Assembly (NCBI RefSeq): GCF_001194135.2
Contig: NC_068989.1
Span: forward strand, 38,363,298-38,427,297
Direction: 5' to 3'
Origin: Octopus bimaculoides
Taxonomy: Eukaryota
DNA: 64,000 bases
Positions 48,331-61,550 of this stretch are shown piece by piece; position 1 is the first letter of the stretch; each line of letters begins with the position of its first letter. The notes under the pieces were generated by a model that saw only the letters and a list, made by a program, of their open reading frames with translations, was not told the origin of the DNA and made no database searches. Position numbers and translations under genes: made by a program.

Positions 48331-50430
48331 TCTAGAAAAGACATCCCTGGGGAAAGTGATAAGGGTGTGACCTGGAGGGAGACACAAAACTGTAATAAGA
48401 CCTGTGGAATGAGGACGAGTGGCTTGAAGTGTTTCAGTTTGCAAGACTGTGTCAGGTAAAAATCTTAATGTTTTTGGAGAGAAGTGCATTTACATGGATG
48501 ACGGTTCACTCTGCAAAGAAAGAGGCTTGGAAATGCCACTACAAAAGGCTGCTAAATGTAGAGAAAACATGGGAGAAGGAGAATCTGCCTAATGTGGATC
48601 CAACAGAGGGACCAGCAATCCAAATAGACAGTAACATGGTAGATAAAGTCATGAAGAATATGAAGACAGGCTTTCCCTGGCCCATCAAGAATCACCACTG
48701 AGATGCTTGAAATATCTGGCAGTGTGATTTATGGTCTAGTTACCTGTATAGATAATCAGGCTGTACACGAGGGAGTCATACACAATGACTAGTGTAGCAG
48801 CACCATAGTCAACTGTTACAAAAGTAAAGGTGATGCTTTAGACAGAAATAATTACAGAGGTATCAAATTGTTGGAAGTTAGTCTAGCTGAGATGCAGTTT
48901 GGTTTCGTGCCAGAGAGAAGCACCACTGATACTATATTCCTGGTAAGGCAGCTGTAGAAGTGCAAAAAATAAACCCCTGTACTTGGCTTTTGTTGACATG
49001 GAGAAAGCCTTCAACAGAATCCTCCACTTTCTTATCTGGTGGTCAGTGTGGAAACTAGGAATAGACGAGTGGTTGATGAGAGCTGTACAAGCTATGTACA
49101 GGGATGCTGTCAGTAAGGTGAGGGTTGGTAACGAGTGTAGCTATGAATTCAGTGAACAAGTAAGAGTTCACCAAGGATTGGTCCAATACAAGACTGGCTG
49201 CTCTTGGGAGCTCCTCTATGCTGATGACCTTGTTCTTGTAACTGAATCACTACCAGAACTGGAAAAAAATATTTCAGGAGTGGAAGCAAGGTCTGGAATC
49301 AAAGACTTAATTTAGCAAAAACCAAAGTAAGTAGGAAAGCAAACAAATCACAAATCCCTTCAGGGAGATGGCACTGCTTAATACGTAGAAAAAGCATTGG
49401 TAGAAATTCCATAAGGTGTACCCAGTGAAAACTATAGACACATAAGAGGTGCAGCAATATCAAAGAAAGGTTAACAGGGAAAACAGTCTTTGTGTGTGGC
49501 AGATGTACAAGTACAATAAACACTAGAACTGTATAGAAAATAGAGTCCATCAAATGCCAAGGGGGATATTTAGAGGTAGTTGATAGCTTTTGTTATCTGG
49601 GTGACCAAGTCAGCAGTGGAGGTGGTGCTCTGACAGCATAACTTCTAGAATAAGAATAGTCTGGGCAAAGTTCAGAGAGCTACATTTGTTGGTAACAAGG
49701 AACCTTTCCCTCGGAGTGAAAGGCAGATTGTATGATGCCTGTGTGCAAACGGCCTTACTAAATGGCAGTCAAACATGGGCTGTGACTCCAGAAGACATGT
49801 GACGATTTGAAAGAAATGAAGGTAGTATCCTTCACTGGATGTGCAATGTCAGCGTGCATGTATGACAGAGTGTAAGCATCTTGAGAGAAAAATTGGGCAT
49901 AAGAGGCATCAGATGTGGTATGCAAGAGACTGTGCTGGTATGGTCATCTGATACTTATGGACAAGGTCAGCTGTGTAAAGAAGTGTTGATCTTTAACTGT
50001 GGAGGCAACCTGTGGAAGAGGTAGACCCAGGAAGACATGGGACAAAGTGGTGAAGCATAATTGTTGAATGGTGGGTCTCACAGAGGCAATGACAAGTAAT
50101 TGTAGCCTTTTGTGATTTGCTGAGCTTGAGAAGATTTGTCAAGCCAAATGAAATCATAGTCATGGCCAGTACTGGTGATACATAAAGGCACCATGCTAGT
50201 GACGTATAGAAGGCGCCTGTGCTGGTGAAACATAGAAGGTATCCATGTCAGTGACATATAATGGGTATCCACAACACTCTTGGAGTGGTTGGCATTAGGA
50301 AGGGCTTCCAGCCATAGACACCGAGTCGAATCGGGCTAGAACCTGGTATAGCTCTACTGCTTGCCAGTTCCAGTCAAACTCTCTAACCCATGCCAGCATG
50401 GAAAGTGGATGCTAAATGATGATGATGAAG
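48331..50430 (+). mobile_element. 5'-truncated RTE-clade LINE (RT region, C-terminus and 3' UTR), decayed
   Basis: RNNYRGIKLL, QFGFVP, AFVDMEKAFNRI, VRVHQG, ELLYADDL, FCYLGD, VKGRLYDAC; (GAT)n tail at about 50417-50428; stops, frameshifts and an internal deletion after HQG. Confidence 0.9.
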
Positions 50431-51254
50431 ATATGTATGTATCAGGTAGGACTGAGTGAAGGTTGTAAAAGTTTAGCCAAATCTAAGGAACAGCAGCCAA
50501 TGTAGTAGAGGTAAAAGAGGCTGAGGAAACAGAATAGCCGTAGCCTGTGTTTTATAACATTTATTGCATGCTAGAGAATATTCTTTTTAGGTTTTGTTTA
50601 AATGCAGGTTGATTGCAGTCAGCAAGATTGGTGTCATAGAAGAGAGAAAGAAAGGTGTCAAAATATTGCAGATGGCTCAGTAGATATCAGTTTATTGACT
50701 CTGGATATATTTATTAACTCTGCCATTTTCACATCTCTAACTTGCCAGCATAATGAGAAAAATAATTACAATTATCAATGGTTTAATTATCCCTCATTAA
50801 ACATTTTAAAGGGCATGCTTATAATGCTAATAATAATAATATTCTATTTATCTCTGTTTCTCCTCCCATAACCTTCTTTCCCATTTTTCCAATCTACTTC
50901 ACTTTGCTGCACTGCTCCACACACACACACACGTGCATACACATGTACATAATCTTTCTCTCTTTCTTTTTCTGTGTCTTCATTCTCACTTTGTCATGCT
51001 TTTTCTCTTTTAGCTTTCACTTCCTCTTCTCTACTTAACCTATTTCTATTTTAAATAATTCTCCATCTCTCCTTTTCTCACTAAATTTCCCCACTTTTTA
51101 AATTTTCCACCTTCTCTCTCTCTCTCTCTCTCTCTCTCCCCCACCCCTCTCCTCTCTCTCATAATATATAGATATCATTCATCATTTTATATCTCCTGTC
51201 CATACTGGCTTATATTGAATGGGTCTACTCACTAAGGTAAATCAGGTGGATCTC

Positions 51255-51440
51255 ATCAATTTGGCATGATTTCTACAACTGGATGCATTTCTTAATGCCA
51301 ACTACTTTACTGAATGTACCAAGTACTTTTTTGTGCCACCAGCACAAGAGAGGTGCCATGGCTTCAACAAAACCAAATGATCCTCATGACCACACACTTT
51401 ACTTGGTGTGTTTTATTCTGACATCAGCACTGGAAAGTTA
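51255..51440 (-). mobile_element. RTE 3'-UTR remnant
   Basis: TTCTACAACTGGATGCATTTCTTAATGCCAACTACTTTAC matches 20918-20955 and 57112-57140. Confidence 0.6.
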
Positions 51441-51494
51441 GCTATGTCCTCATTATGACTAAAGAGACCTCAAGGCTCCAACATCATATGTGTC

Positions 51495-51509
51495 TATCTA
51501 TTAGTCTGC

Positions 51510-51587
<78 letters not shown>

Positions 51588-51642
51588 GTCCATCCATCTA
51601 TTAGTCTGCCTATCTGTCTGTCTGTCCATCCATCCATCCATC
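51495..51642. repeat. (TATC)n/(TGTC)n/(ATCC)n compound microsatellite
   Basis: Direct inspection. Confidence 0.95.
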
Positions 51643-51644
51643 CA

Positions 51645-52519
51645 GTTAATTTTTGCTCCTATTACTGTTTCATATTCTTTTAGTGTCTTGCTGACCAGGT
51701 CGATATGCCTGTGGCTTGACACTATGATGGTGACATCGTCCGCATATGCAGACACTTTCCTCCTGCATCCCACCTCTTGCAGGATGCCTCTCAGCATCAC
51801 CAGCTTCTGCAGTAGTGACTCAAGAGTCAAAACATACAAAAGCGATGAGAGAAGGCATCCTTGACGAACTGAACGCGTGATGTTAAATGGTCTGGACAGA
51901 TGACCATTTACACGAACTACTGAGCAGATGCCACTGTATAAGGCAGTGATCCAATTGCAGAAGACGGGACCAAAACCAGCCGCTCTAAGGACAGCCTCCA
52001 AGTAGCGATGGTCTACCCTATTGAACGCTTTTGATTGAACCAAATTGATCAGTGCCCCACCCATGCCAGGCTGCTTAACTGCCCTGTCTATGATGTAGTG
52101 CATCAAATGGAGGTTGTCATGGATACTCCTACCCAGCACAGTGCATGTTTGTGCCTTGTTGACCAGTTTCTCGATGACAAGCGCCGACCTCTCGGCTAAC
52201 ACCTTGGCCAAAATCTTCAAATCTGCGTTGAGCAGAGTGATGGGCCTGAAGTTATCTATGACGTTCCCTTTGTTTGGATCTTTCTTTAGCAGTGCCACTG
52301 CTCCTCGCTTTACAGAGACAGGGATACTCCCATTTTGCTGCCAGTTGCAGTAGACAACTGACAAGATGCCTCCAAACAAGTCTGGCATATGACAATAAAG
52401 TTCGTAGGGCAGACCATCCAAGGCTAGCGACTTGTCTCCTGCGCAACCTGCCATTGCATCCCATACATCCACGGCTGTGATGTGTCCTTCACAATACTCT
52501 GCCTCTCTTGCCGAAAGTC
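51645..52519 (-). pseudogene. L1/Tx1-clade LINE reverse transcriptase internal fragment, frame intact
   Basis: EAEYCEGHIT...KS.ALDGLPYELY...LLKK...NFRPITLLNADLKILAKVLA...GRSIHDN...QSKAFNRVDH...SVRQGCLLS.LLY...SAYADDVT...GAKIN; no stop in about 290 codons. The first catalytic Asp (LD..KAFD) reads LV..KAFN. Confidence 0.92.
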
Positions 52520-52644
52520 ATGTAATATATATAATAACAAATAATTTATAAATATATGCATATATCTATACATATATTTTTACTTTAATAGTTTCACTTT
52601 AATACTGAAACTATTATCTCACATATATATATATATACAGGCAT

Positions 52645-52677
<33 letters not shown>

Positions 52678-53300
52678 TATATAATATGCATATATTATGT
52701 ATATATATGTGTGTGTGTGTGTCTGTATACATCTGCACAAATGTATATATATAGATGTATATATATATGTATGTATATGTATAGANNNNNNNNNNNNNNN
52801 NNNNNNNNNNNNNNNNNNNNNNNNNNNNNNNNNNNNNNNNNNNNNNNNNNNNNNNNNNNNNNNNNNNNNNNNNNNNNNNNNNNNNNNNNNNNNNNNNNNN
52901 NNNNNNNNNNNNNNNNNNNNNNNNNNNNNNNNNNNNNNNNNNNNNNNNNNNNNNNNNNNNNNNNNNNNNNNNNNNNNNNNNNNNNNNNNNNNNNNNNNNN
53001 NNNNNNNNNNNNNNNNNNNNNNNNNNNNNNNNNNNNNNNNNNNNNNNNNNNNNNNNNNNNNNNNNNNNNNNNNNNNNNNNNNNNNNNNNNNNNNNNNNNN
53101 NNNNNNNNNNNNNNNNNNNNNNNNNNNNNNNNNNNNNNNNNNNNNNNNNNNNNNNNNNNNNNNNNNNNNNNNNNNNNNNNNNNNNNNNNNNNNNNNNNNN
53201 NNNNNNNNNNNNNNNNNNNNNNNNNNNNNNNNNNNNNNNNNNNNNNNNNNNNNNNNNNNNNNNNNNNNNNNNNNNNNNNNNNNNNNNNNNNNNNNNNNNN

Positions 53301-53345
<45 letters not shown>

Positions 53346-53448
53346 TATAGTTGTATATGTATACATGCATATGTGTAGATGTATATATATAGATGTACAC
53401 ATATGTATATACATGCATACACCAATAAACACACACACACACACACAG
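52520..53448. repeat. (TA)/(TG) microsatellite spanning a 515-N assembly gap (52786-53300)
   Basis: Direct inspection. Confidence 0.95.
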
Positions 53449-53607
53449 GTGCAGGTGTGGCTGTGCGGTAAGAAACTTGGTTCCAAAACACATGGTCCCG
53501 GGTTTAGTACTATTGAATGGTGACTTGGCATGTATCTTCTGCTATAGCCTCAGACCAGCCAAAGCCTTGTGAGTGGATTTTGTAGACAGAAACTCAAAGA
53601 AATCAAT

Positions 53608-53667
<60 letters not shown>

Positions 53668-53690
53668 TATATACACACATACATGTATGT
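53445..53690 (+). mobile_element. SINE head plus (TA)n
   Basis: GGTGCAGGTGTGGCTGTGCGGTAAG...CCAAAGCCTTGTGAGTGGATTT. Confidence 0.85.
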
Positions 53691-53707
53691 ATATCTGCAT
53701 ATTCATA

Positions 53708-54420
53708 TCTGTTATATAAAAGTCAATGTCTTTATGTGTGTTCATGTATTACTTATACATTCGAAAACTACTAACCAATCCTAATGAAATTTGGAACACA
53801 AAATCCAAGCCTAGGGATAAGGGTAATGCTGTGTGCTTCATACAATTTCATGGACAAAAATTACTGAATGGATCCTTATGATATTTGGAACTTAGATTCA
53901 ATGCATAAGGGTGGGTATAATGCAGCATGTTTGGTTTGAATTTAAGATGGCTTAAAGGGAGCAGAACCCCCATGAAAATTCATAAATTTTTGATGTTGAT
54001 GAAATTTCAACCATGCGTAATTGACACACACAAAGGAAGTATTGTCAAAGTTTCCACTTCTCAAGAGGATTCTGACACTCCCTAATGGGGGCCTTAACTC
54101 CCAAATTTTAGTAATTTTTTTATGATCCAGAACTATGGCAAAAGTACTGAATGGATCTTTATGAAATATGAAAATTATATTCTATGCATAAGGGCCATAA
54201 CCCCCATGAAAATTCATATATTTTTGCTGTTGATTAAATTTTAACCATAGATATTACACACAAATGAAGTAATATTTCTAAAATTTCATCTTCTTATAAA
54301 TTACAAAGACCCCTTCATGGGGACTTAACACCCACAGTTTAGTTATTTTATCTAAGCAAAGATGAATACAGTTGTACTCTCGGAAGCTGTAGGGTCACCT
54401 GAGCATAAAAGATGAGTGTT
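53708..54420 (+). mobile_element. Non-autonomous Helitron-like repeat with an internal tandem duplication
   Basis: Starts TC...TATATAAAA; contains GAAAACTACTAACCAATCCTAATGAAATTTGG, reminiscent of Lep1/HINE-type Helitron derivatives; internal unit duplicated (53862 vs 54145; 53966 vs 54200). No clean CTRR end. Confidence 0.4.
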
Positions 54421-54504
54421 ATTTGTAATTCATTGGTAGAACAGTGTAAGAGTTTGCTTTGAGATCTACTTAGATTGTAATTTCTGCAATGTGGTGCATA
54501 AATT

Positions 54505-54630
54505 AGAGGGCTTTGGTCAGCTAGGGGCTATAGTAGACAACACTTGTCCAAGAGTCCATGCATTGAGACTGAATCTGAAACCATGTGATTGGGAAGCAAG
54601 CTTTTTACAATACAGACATGTCTGTGTCTA
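54505..54630 (-). mobile_element. SINE head fragment
   Basis: GGCTATAGTAGACAACACTTGTCCAAG...GGGAAGCAAGCTTTTTAC. Confidence 0.75.
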
Positions 54631-56654
54631 TATGTGCAAGATTCTGTAAAAGATTTCATATACAAATGAAATAACATTAATCTCTATACTTTAGCACTGT
54701 GTACAAGAAACACATTCTAATATTACTACATCCTCATTTGCCTACATATGCACACGCATACATACACATTGCGTGAGCATCATTAGCTGCCTCAAACTTG
54801 TCATCATCAGCACTAGCACCAGCAGCAAATTCATACCTATAACACTAGTTTCAGGCATTTGGTTATCTGTTCCATCAACAATTCTTCTGTCAATTAACAA
54901 CTTTCTGATGTTTGGCAAACTTCTGCTTTCAAGGGAGTGCTTATTTCTCTACACTTGGGGTATATAGTTGTTAGCCATCAGAATTTTGCACCATATTAGT
55001 AGACCTTTCCTCAAGAAATTAAATTCTTTGTCTCTCTTTCTTTTTGTTACTTGTTCTTTTTGCCACTTGTACTCTTTGCTACTTTTGTTTTCTGTCTGTA
55101 CACCTCTCACTTTGATACTTTGTTCTTGTATTAATGAATATTCTTTTTGTCTTCCACTCTATGCAGACTGTCTCTACATACCCCCCTTTGTCTTTCTCCA
55201 CATTCACTCACCCACCAAAACATAATTTGGCTTTTCATAGAATGTAATTAGTAGTAATAAAAACACTGGTTATATGTTTACTGATCTTGTTTGGACTATT
55301 TTAGCTCTGTTCTTCACTTAACATCTCAAAGTTCACTTCTTTTAAGAAGCTTTTGTTTTATTCATAAATTATGTATTCGTACGTACTTGAATGTCAACAC
55401 AGACACATACACGTGTGTGTATGTCTGTGTGTATGTATACATGTGTCTGTGCGTGTGTGTGTGTGTGTGTATAAAATAGCCAATGAATATCTTTATAGAA
55501 ATTATATACATAACTTAATGTAAATAACGTTTATCTGTTGGTAAAATTATTAAGAGCGAAATACATCGAAGGAGATGATGACAAGTAAATGTGATTTGTT
55601 GAAACAGATAAAACAGTTTAAATATAAGGTTGCATAAATTACTGTCATCAATATTTATTTAGTTTTTTACGAGCTTGTTTTGAGATAGATTCAATATGAG
55701 CTACACAGAATATATGTGAAGTATTTGCGGACGATAGACTGCCAAGCTAAGCTAAATGATTGCATGGTGAATATTGTTTGCAAAATATTGTATTAACTGA
55801 TGGAACACACAGAGGAAAGAATGGTTAAGCACCAGGCTTAAAGCTACAAACTAATTATTGTAAAGATTACAGAAACATTCATTTTGATATAAACAATCAG
55901 CCCATTTGTCTTTATTTGTGTCAAATGGCAAAGTGCTCAAACTGAGCTAATGGATTCCAAATGAACTCCCGATGGACAACAAATACCAGAGGCTATCAAT
56001 TTACATGTTTCTGTTTTCATGTTGCAGTAACGAACCATTTTAGAGTTGGTTGTTAATGTGTTAATAATTGCAATTTCTAATCAGTAACAGCACATTGGTT
56101 ACATTGCTAGTTTTCATTTAGCATTTATTTAATTATCCTGATTTGGTCATGAGACTTTTGTAATCCATCTTTCTATTTACCAATTTCCTGTAAGATGTTT
56201 CTTAATTTCCTGAAAAATGTAGCAAATAAAGAATTGACCTATATATACTCACACACACAGACACACACACTCTCCCTCACACACACACACACATACCTAC
56301 ATACATATATACGTATGCATGTACGTATGCATGTACTTTTGTCTTTGTTATTGCTTATATGGATTAGATCTATCAATTGCTTATATTGCTTTACATAATA
56401 ATAACGTCAGCTACCTTTTTCCTTACATATCTCAAATATGTTATTAATTATCAGCTAATAATGAATCAGAATATTAACATCATGTTTGTTTGTTTGATTT
56501 ATTTACTCTGCATTCATTCAACTTGATTTCTTTTTTGTCTATCACCAGGTGACATATTTTAACATATCTGTATACCTTTAAGATAACAGTTTGATATATG
56601 GCCATTTATTTTAACTCAAACTAAATTTGCTCCACTTAATGGCAGGGTTATAGT

Positions 56655-56830
56655 TGTGACTGTGTAGTTATGAAGTTCACTTGATGACCATGTGGTCCAG
56701 GGTTCATTTCTCCATGCAGCACCTGGAATTGCTCAGTAAAAATTCTTCTATAATCTCAGGCTGACCAATGTTGAGTGAGTAGAAATGCTGGACAGAGACT
56801 GTATGGAAGCATGTTATAAATATATAGTTA
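56655..56830 (+). mobile_element. Decayed SINE head
   Basis: GACCATGTGGTCCAGGGTTCATTTC B-box-like motif, then TTCTATAATCTCAGGCTGACC. Confidence 0.55.
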
Positions 56831-56989
56831 TGGACATAATGACGTGTTAGTAAATGCAGTAAATTGTTCCCTGATGATCTGGTGTGGTTGGGCATCTAAA
56901 TGCACTTGGGGCACCTATTGCAGAGTTCCAAGCAATCATGATGGTGAAATGTATGTAGGAATTATAATATAAAGTTGTGTTTATCCTTA

Positions 56990-57200
56990 TATCATCACCC
57001 TCATCCTTATTATTTAGTATCTGCATTCTATTCTGACATAGGTGGGATGGTTCAACAGGATACAATGGGCCCAAAAACTGCATTGAACTCCAGTGTTTAT
57101 TTGGCATTGTTTCTATGGCTGGATGCCAACCACTTTACAGCTCATACAGGGTGCTTTTCACATGCTGTCAGCACAAGTAAGCTTGCCATGCAGCTTACTA
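56990..57200 (-). mobile_element. RTE 3'-UTR remnant
   Basis: (CAT)n-like tail; GGCTGGATGCCAACCACTTTACAG. Confidence 0.55.
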
Positions 57201-57334
57201 GACTATGAACTCCAAATGGAGAGGGAAAATAAGGGGTAGAGACAGATAAGGTACGAGAGAAAGAGCCAGAGTAGAATGGGTTTCTTGTTGAAGAAAAGTG
57301 ACATGACTACTCACATTTTAGAAGTGGGTGGGAA

Positions 57335-57470
57335 TAGAGTTAGGCACTTAGGTGGAGTCTTTGAGGGATATGGGTTTGAGTCCCATGACTGGCTGTTGAC
57401 AAATTTTTCCACCTTGTGAGGGTAATTTACCCAGTATTTCTGTTATTCTAATGGCCACTCTGCATTTGAA
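57335..57470 (+). mobile_element. tRNA-derived SINE head
   Basis: GGGTTTGAGTCCC B-box-like motif at about 57372; no tRNA 3' acceptor stem. Confidence 0.45.
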
Positions 57471-58574
57471 AAAATATCATCTTGTTTGTATCGTACAATA
57501 CACATATCAACACATCTAATAAAAAACACAAGTATCTGTTTGTTTACATTTATACAAACACAGTTGATTTTGATTTTTTGTTTTTTTTGCTTTATAGTGT
57601 AAGATGTGTATCTCATGCCAAACTTGATGCAGAAGATCTCTTATGAACTATATTCCAATCATGAGCATCTCATGAGTTTTTAAAATATAGAGTCTCAAAT
57701 TCAGTGGATTTCACTTCTATTAATTCAAATGATTATGCAGGAAGCTTCCCTCATTAGCCACCTACAGAAATAGTGACAAAATAATGGCAGAAAGATATAC
57801 GAGGTGCATTGCAGAAGTTTTGAGACATTTTAGGAGAATTTGTTGTATATGCACTAGATTATTGTAATTTTGGTATATCATTACTATACAGCCGATAAGC
57901 TTATCTGCCAACTTTTGTTATTCTAGATTGAAAGATATAATTCTAACAGCACTTTGAACTCACCCTAAGTATGTAGTCCAATGTTTGTAATTCCCAATTT
58001 ATTGATGTAAATACTTGATCATCCTGTCTGAGGAAAAGATAGGATCTTGAAAACAAGTGACAAAAAGAAGGAACAAAAGTTGACGACAATGGTCAGATTG
58101 TAAAAACTGCTAAATTTTGGCTATGTTTTCAGGGCTTAAAATATCTGTGCCAACATCTTTGGGGGGCTGGATGGAGAGAGAACAGGCTCATGGGTAATGA
58201 AAATGTAGATGGAACAATGACATCAGACACTTGAAAGAGAGGATCCTGGTGGAGTATTAGGTTGCAATACAAGACTGCAATGCATAGCCAGGAGTGGTAA
58301 CTGTGTCTGATGCCCCTAATCTTCAATATAAGCCTATTCATCATCATTACTAAACCCATTTCAGTTCCATTTAAGATTTGAATTCCTACATCTATATAAT
58401 TTTTGTTATTTGTTGCTTTTGTCCCTCCCTTGTTGATATCTGTATTGTTAATACTAATCTTGGCAAGCGTGCAAATAGCGAAAAGTATCTACTGTGGGAT
58501 AGAATAAAAAAGATCTTTGTGATAAGGGAATGTAATCTAAAACACAGGTATTAAACCAATGAAGGACCATCTAT

Positions 58575-58780
58575 GTGAGTGTTTGAGTTGCTGGAAATAG
58601 CAACGAGACCTCAGAACTTACTCTACTGCCTTAAAAACAAATGTTTCATTGGACAAACTAGTGTTAGATGTGTTTATCTGAATAAAAGAGGGAATGGTAA
58701 TGGTAAGAATGCCTTTGATCATGTTTGTTCAATCAGGACTGATCCAAGGCTAAATGAACAAGAACAACATCTAATGTATA
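58575..58780 (+). mobile_element. Interspersed repeat (same family as 10030-10400)
   Basis: GAAATAGCAAC...TTTGTTCAATCAGGACTGATCC. Confidence 0.55.
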
Positions 58781-60249
58781 TTTGTATTGAATGAGAAAAT
58801 ATTCATATATTATGGTGGTGGTGCAAGATATATGGGATGAACCAACAGAAATAAAGTAGTAAGATCAAATTTCAGAATCTAGTAAAATGAAGTTTCAATA
58901 ACAGAACACAAGATATGGTTTGAAGCAGAAAAATATGTTTTTGTGCAGATTTATGGTTAAATTAAGTCTGTGATATTGTGATCAATGAAGTGAGTGTTGA
59001 TAGTTTCTGAAATTACTGGTACAAAGAATATCTAAAGCTGTCTGGTGAATGTTTTATAATTACAAGCACTAAGTTCAACTCTTCCCACGAATTAGAATGT
59101 GCAATATTAGCTTCTTATTGCTTCTCTGCACCTAAACACCAAGAATTCCTTTTCTGCTAATGTTTTTCATGTCATCCTTGCATATATTGACTTGTAAAGA
59201 TTCATGAGAAATGTTATTGTCCTCAGTTTCATTGGCTTAGCAGGGTATGTAAAGGCTATGGGCACTGCCCCTTCTTCCTGATTCAGCAAGTATAAAAAAA
59301 AAACATCTCATGTTTTTGCTGTATAATGTAACTTTTCATTGTATCTACTTCTGACTGGGTAGAGTAGGACATTAAATGTTTAGAATTTGATAGCAGACTT
59401 ATCAGAGTGGTTTAAACATTCAAATTATTGAATTTTAAACCAGCACCTGAATGACTGGGTCAGCTATGACCCTCAATTTTAAAATCATGTATGGATTGAA
59501 TTAATGTTACACTTATTGTCTTGCTCCCACCACCTTCCTTTAGAAATCTTATAAATTATAGGAAATAACATGCATCTTTACATATTAATGAGAATAAAAT
59601 GTGTCCAGGCATGTATCCTTTCATAAATACATCAGATTATTTATGTAGTGATTCAATAGCTATGTGGATTATGTTTAGGTATCTAAGATCATATTACAAA
59701 TATCAAACATAGAAATGTTAATTCACATTCTGCTACAAGTGGTTTATTGGCATTAAAACAAGGCAATTAACTCTACTCAATTCTGTTTATTTAGCTGAGA
59801 AGTTAATCTGTACAGTGGAAACATTTGTTTGTCATCCATTTAACATTGCAGAAACTCTTTGTGATTCAAGAAACCATTTAAGAAACTCACGCATACAAAA
59901 ACACGCAAGACATATATAAGTAAATGCTTCACATATACATAAATACTCAATACATAGTAGTGAGAAACAAACATGTTATTATATTCTACTATAATTTTTC
60001 TTTGTTTGAAATTTAACAAACAGCATGTACATTGTAGAAGCAAGTATTTACACATGTTGCAACCATAGCTACTGAAATATAAAGCAGGGTGAAAGATTGG
60101 TGTAAGAACTACAATGTTTACTACAATGAAAAACAACTGCTATAGCAAAAGCTATTTGAAAATTCAATTCATCTTCATATATGTATTCAGATTAATAAAG
60201 ATAAGAATGTAGTATAATGGAAATAGTATGGAGGATAGAGATGTACAGT

Positions 60250-60345
60250 ATCCTGTTTCATGCTTGACAAATCTGAGTTCAGTTCCTGCCAAGGTTGACT
60301 TTAGTTTTCTCATCCTTCCAAGATTTTTGGTTTATTGCTTCTGCT
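60250..60345 (+). mobile_element. SINE remnant (Deu/Nin-like)
   Basis: TCTGAGTTCAGTTCCTGCCAAGGTTGACTTTAGTTTTCTCATCCTTCC. Confidence 0.55.
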
Positions 60346-61254
60346 TCCTTTACTGGGAGAGCAAGCATATTCAAGCATTAAAAAAAAGTGAGAGAGAGAG
60401 GAATACGAAAGAAAGGAGCTATACTGGAAGACATTTCTATTCTGGGAAAATATTATCAATCTTTTCAAGATTGTTCACATTTTCTTTTATTCTTTACAAT
60501 ATCTACATTTGATCTTACCTCTTTAAGAAAAATTTACTTCAATACTGCTACAATATTGGAGACTTAAACATAGTGAAAAACATTCAAGATATGCTTTGAA
60601 GCCTTCTTTTAACAGTGCCAAAATTATCAAATCATTATATTTTTTATTTATTCATTTTTTTTTTTTTTGTTTTGTTAAACTTCTAGTCTATGTTAACAAC
60701 TGCTGAAAGAATACATCAAATGAGTTAAAATTGCTGATAACACAGTGACCTTCATGTTTCTGTTTCTCAAGAATGATTTTACGATGTATTTTTTTTTTTC
60801 ATTTTTCACCAAAGTCATCTTTTTAAAAGGTATAGTATTGACATATTAGCATGGCTGTAGTACTAGATTGACATACATCGAAATAAAAGAAAAATAAAGA
60901 ACAAGAGACTAAGTAGATAGTTGGATAAAAATGGTTAAATGCAAAATCTACTAAGCTTAAAAAACAAGCAGCCAAGATTCCTTTCACAATGTCAGTGGCA
61001 ATGTCTTTAAAAAGTTATTTTGACATGATTTTGCATGTCTCTCTCTCTCCTGCTTTATGTTTCTCACTCTTTCTCTCTCCTTATTTCTTTCACACTTATT
61101 CTCTGTCTATCTCAGCCTTCCAGAAGGACCAACTGTTTTATCCTCACCTTCCAACAAATAATGACATTTATATTTTACCCTTTCATTCTTAAAATTCTGA
61201 TTCATTCCTTGTAGCTGGTGTTACTCAGTTTTTGTTGGCTCATGTCAAACATGG

Positions 61255-61550
61255 TTCATGCACATACATACATACATACATACATACATACAAACACACA
61301 CTCTCTTTCTCTCTCATACACACACATACTTTCTGTCTTATACACACACACACTCCCTTTTCTCTCATACACACATGCTTACACGCTTTCTCACACATGC
61401 ACTTACACACACTCTCTGTCACACACTCTCACCTGGGTCACACTCTCTCTCTCTCTCTCATACACACTTACACACTTTCTCTCTCTCACACACATATATA
61501 CAAGCACATGCATGCATACATTCTCTCTTTCGCTCTCACATACAAACTCA
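61255..61550. repeat. Compound (CA)/(CT)/(CATA) microsatellite
   Basis: Direct inspection. Confidence 0.9.

Noticed and set aside
57797-57970. Mariner-like MITE (TACGAGG... / ...AACTCACCCTAAGTA)
   Set aside because: The two ends are not convincingly complementary to each other.
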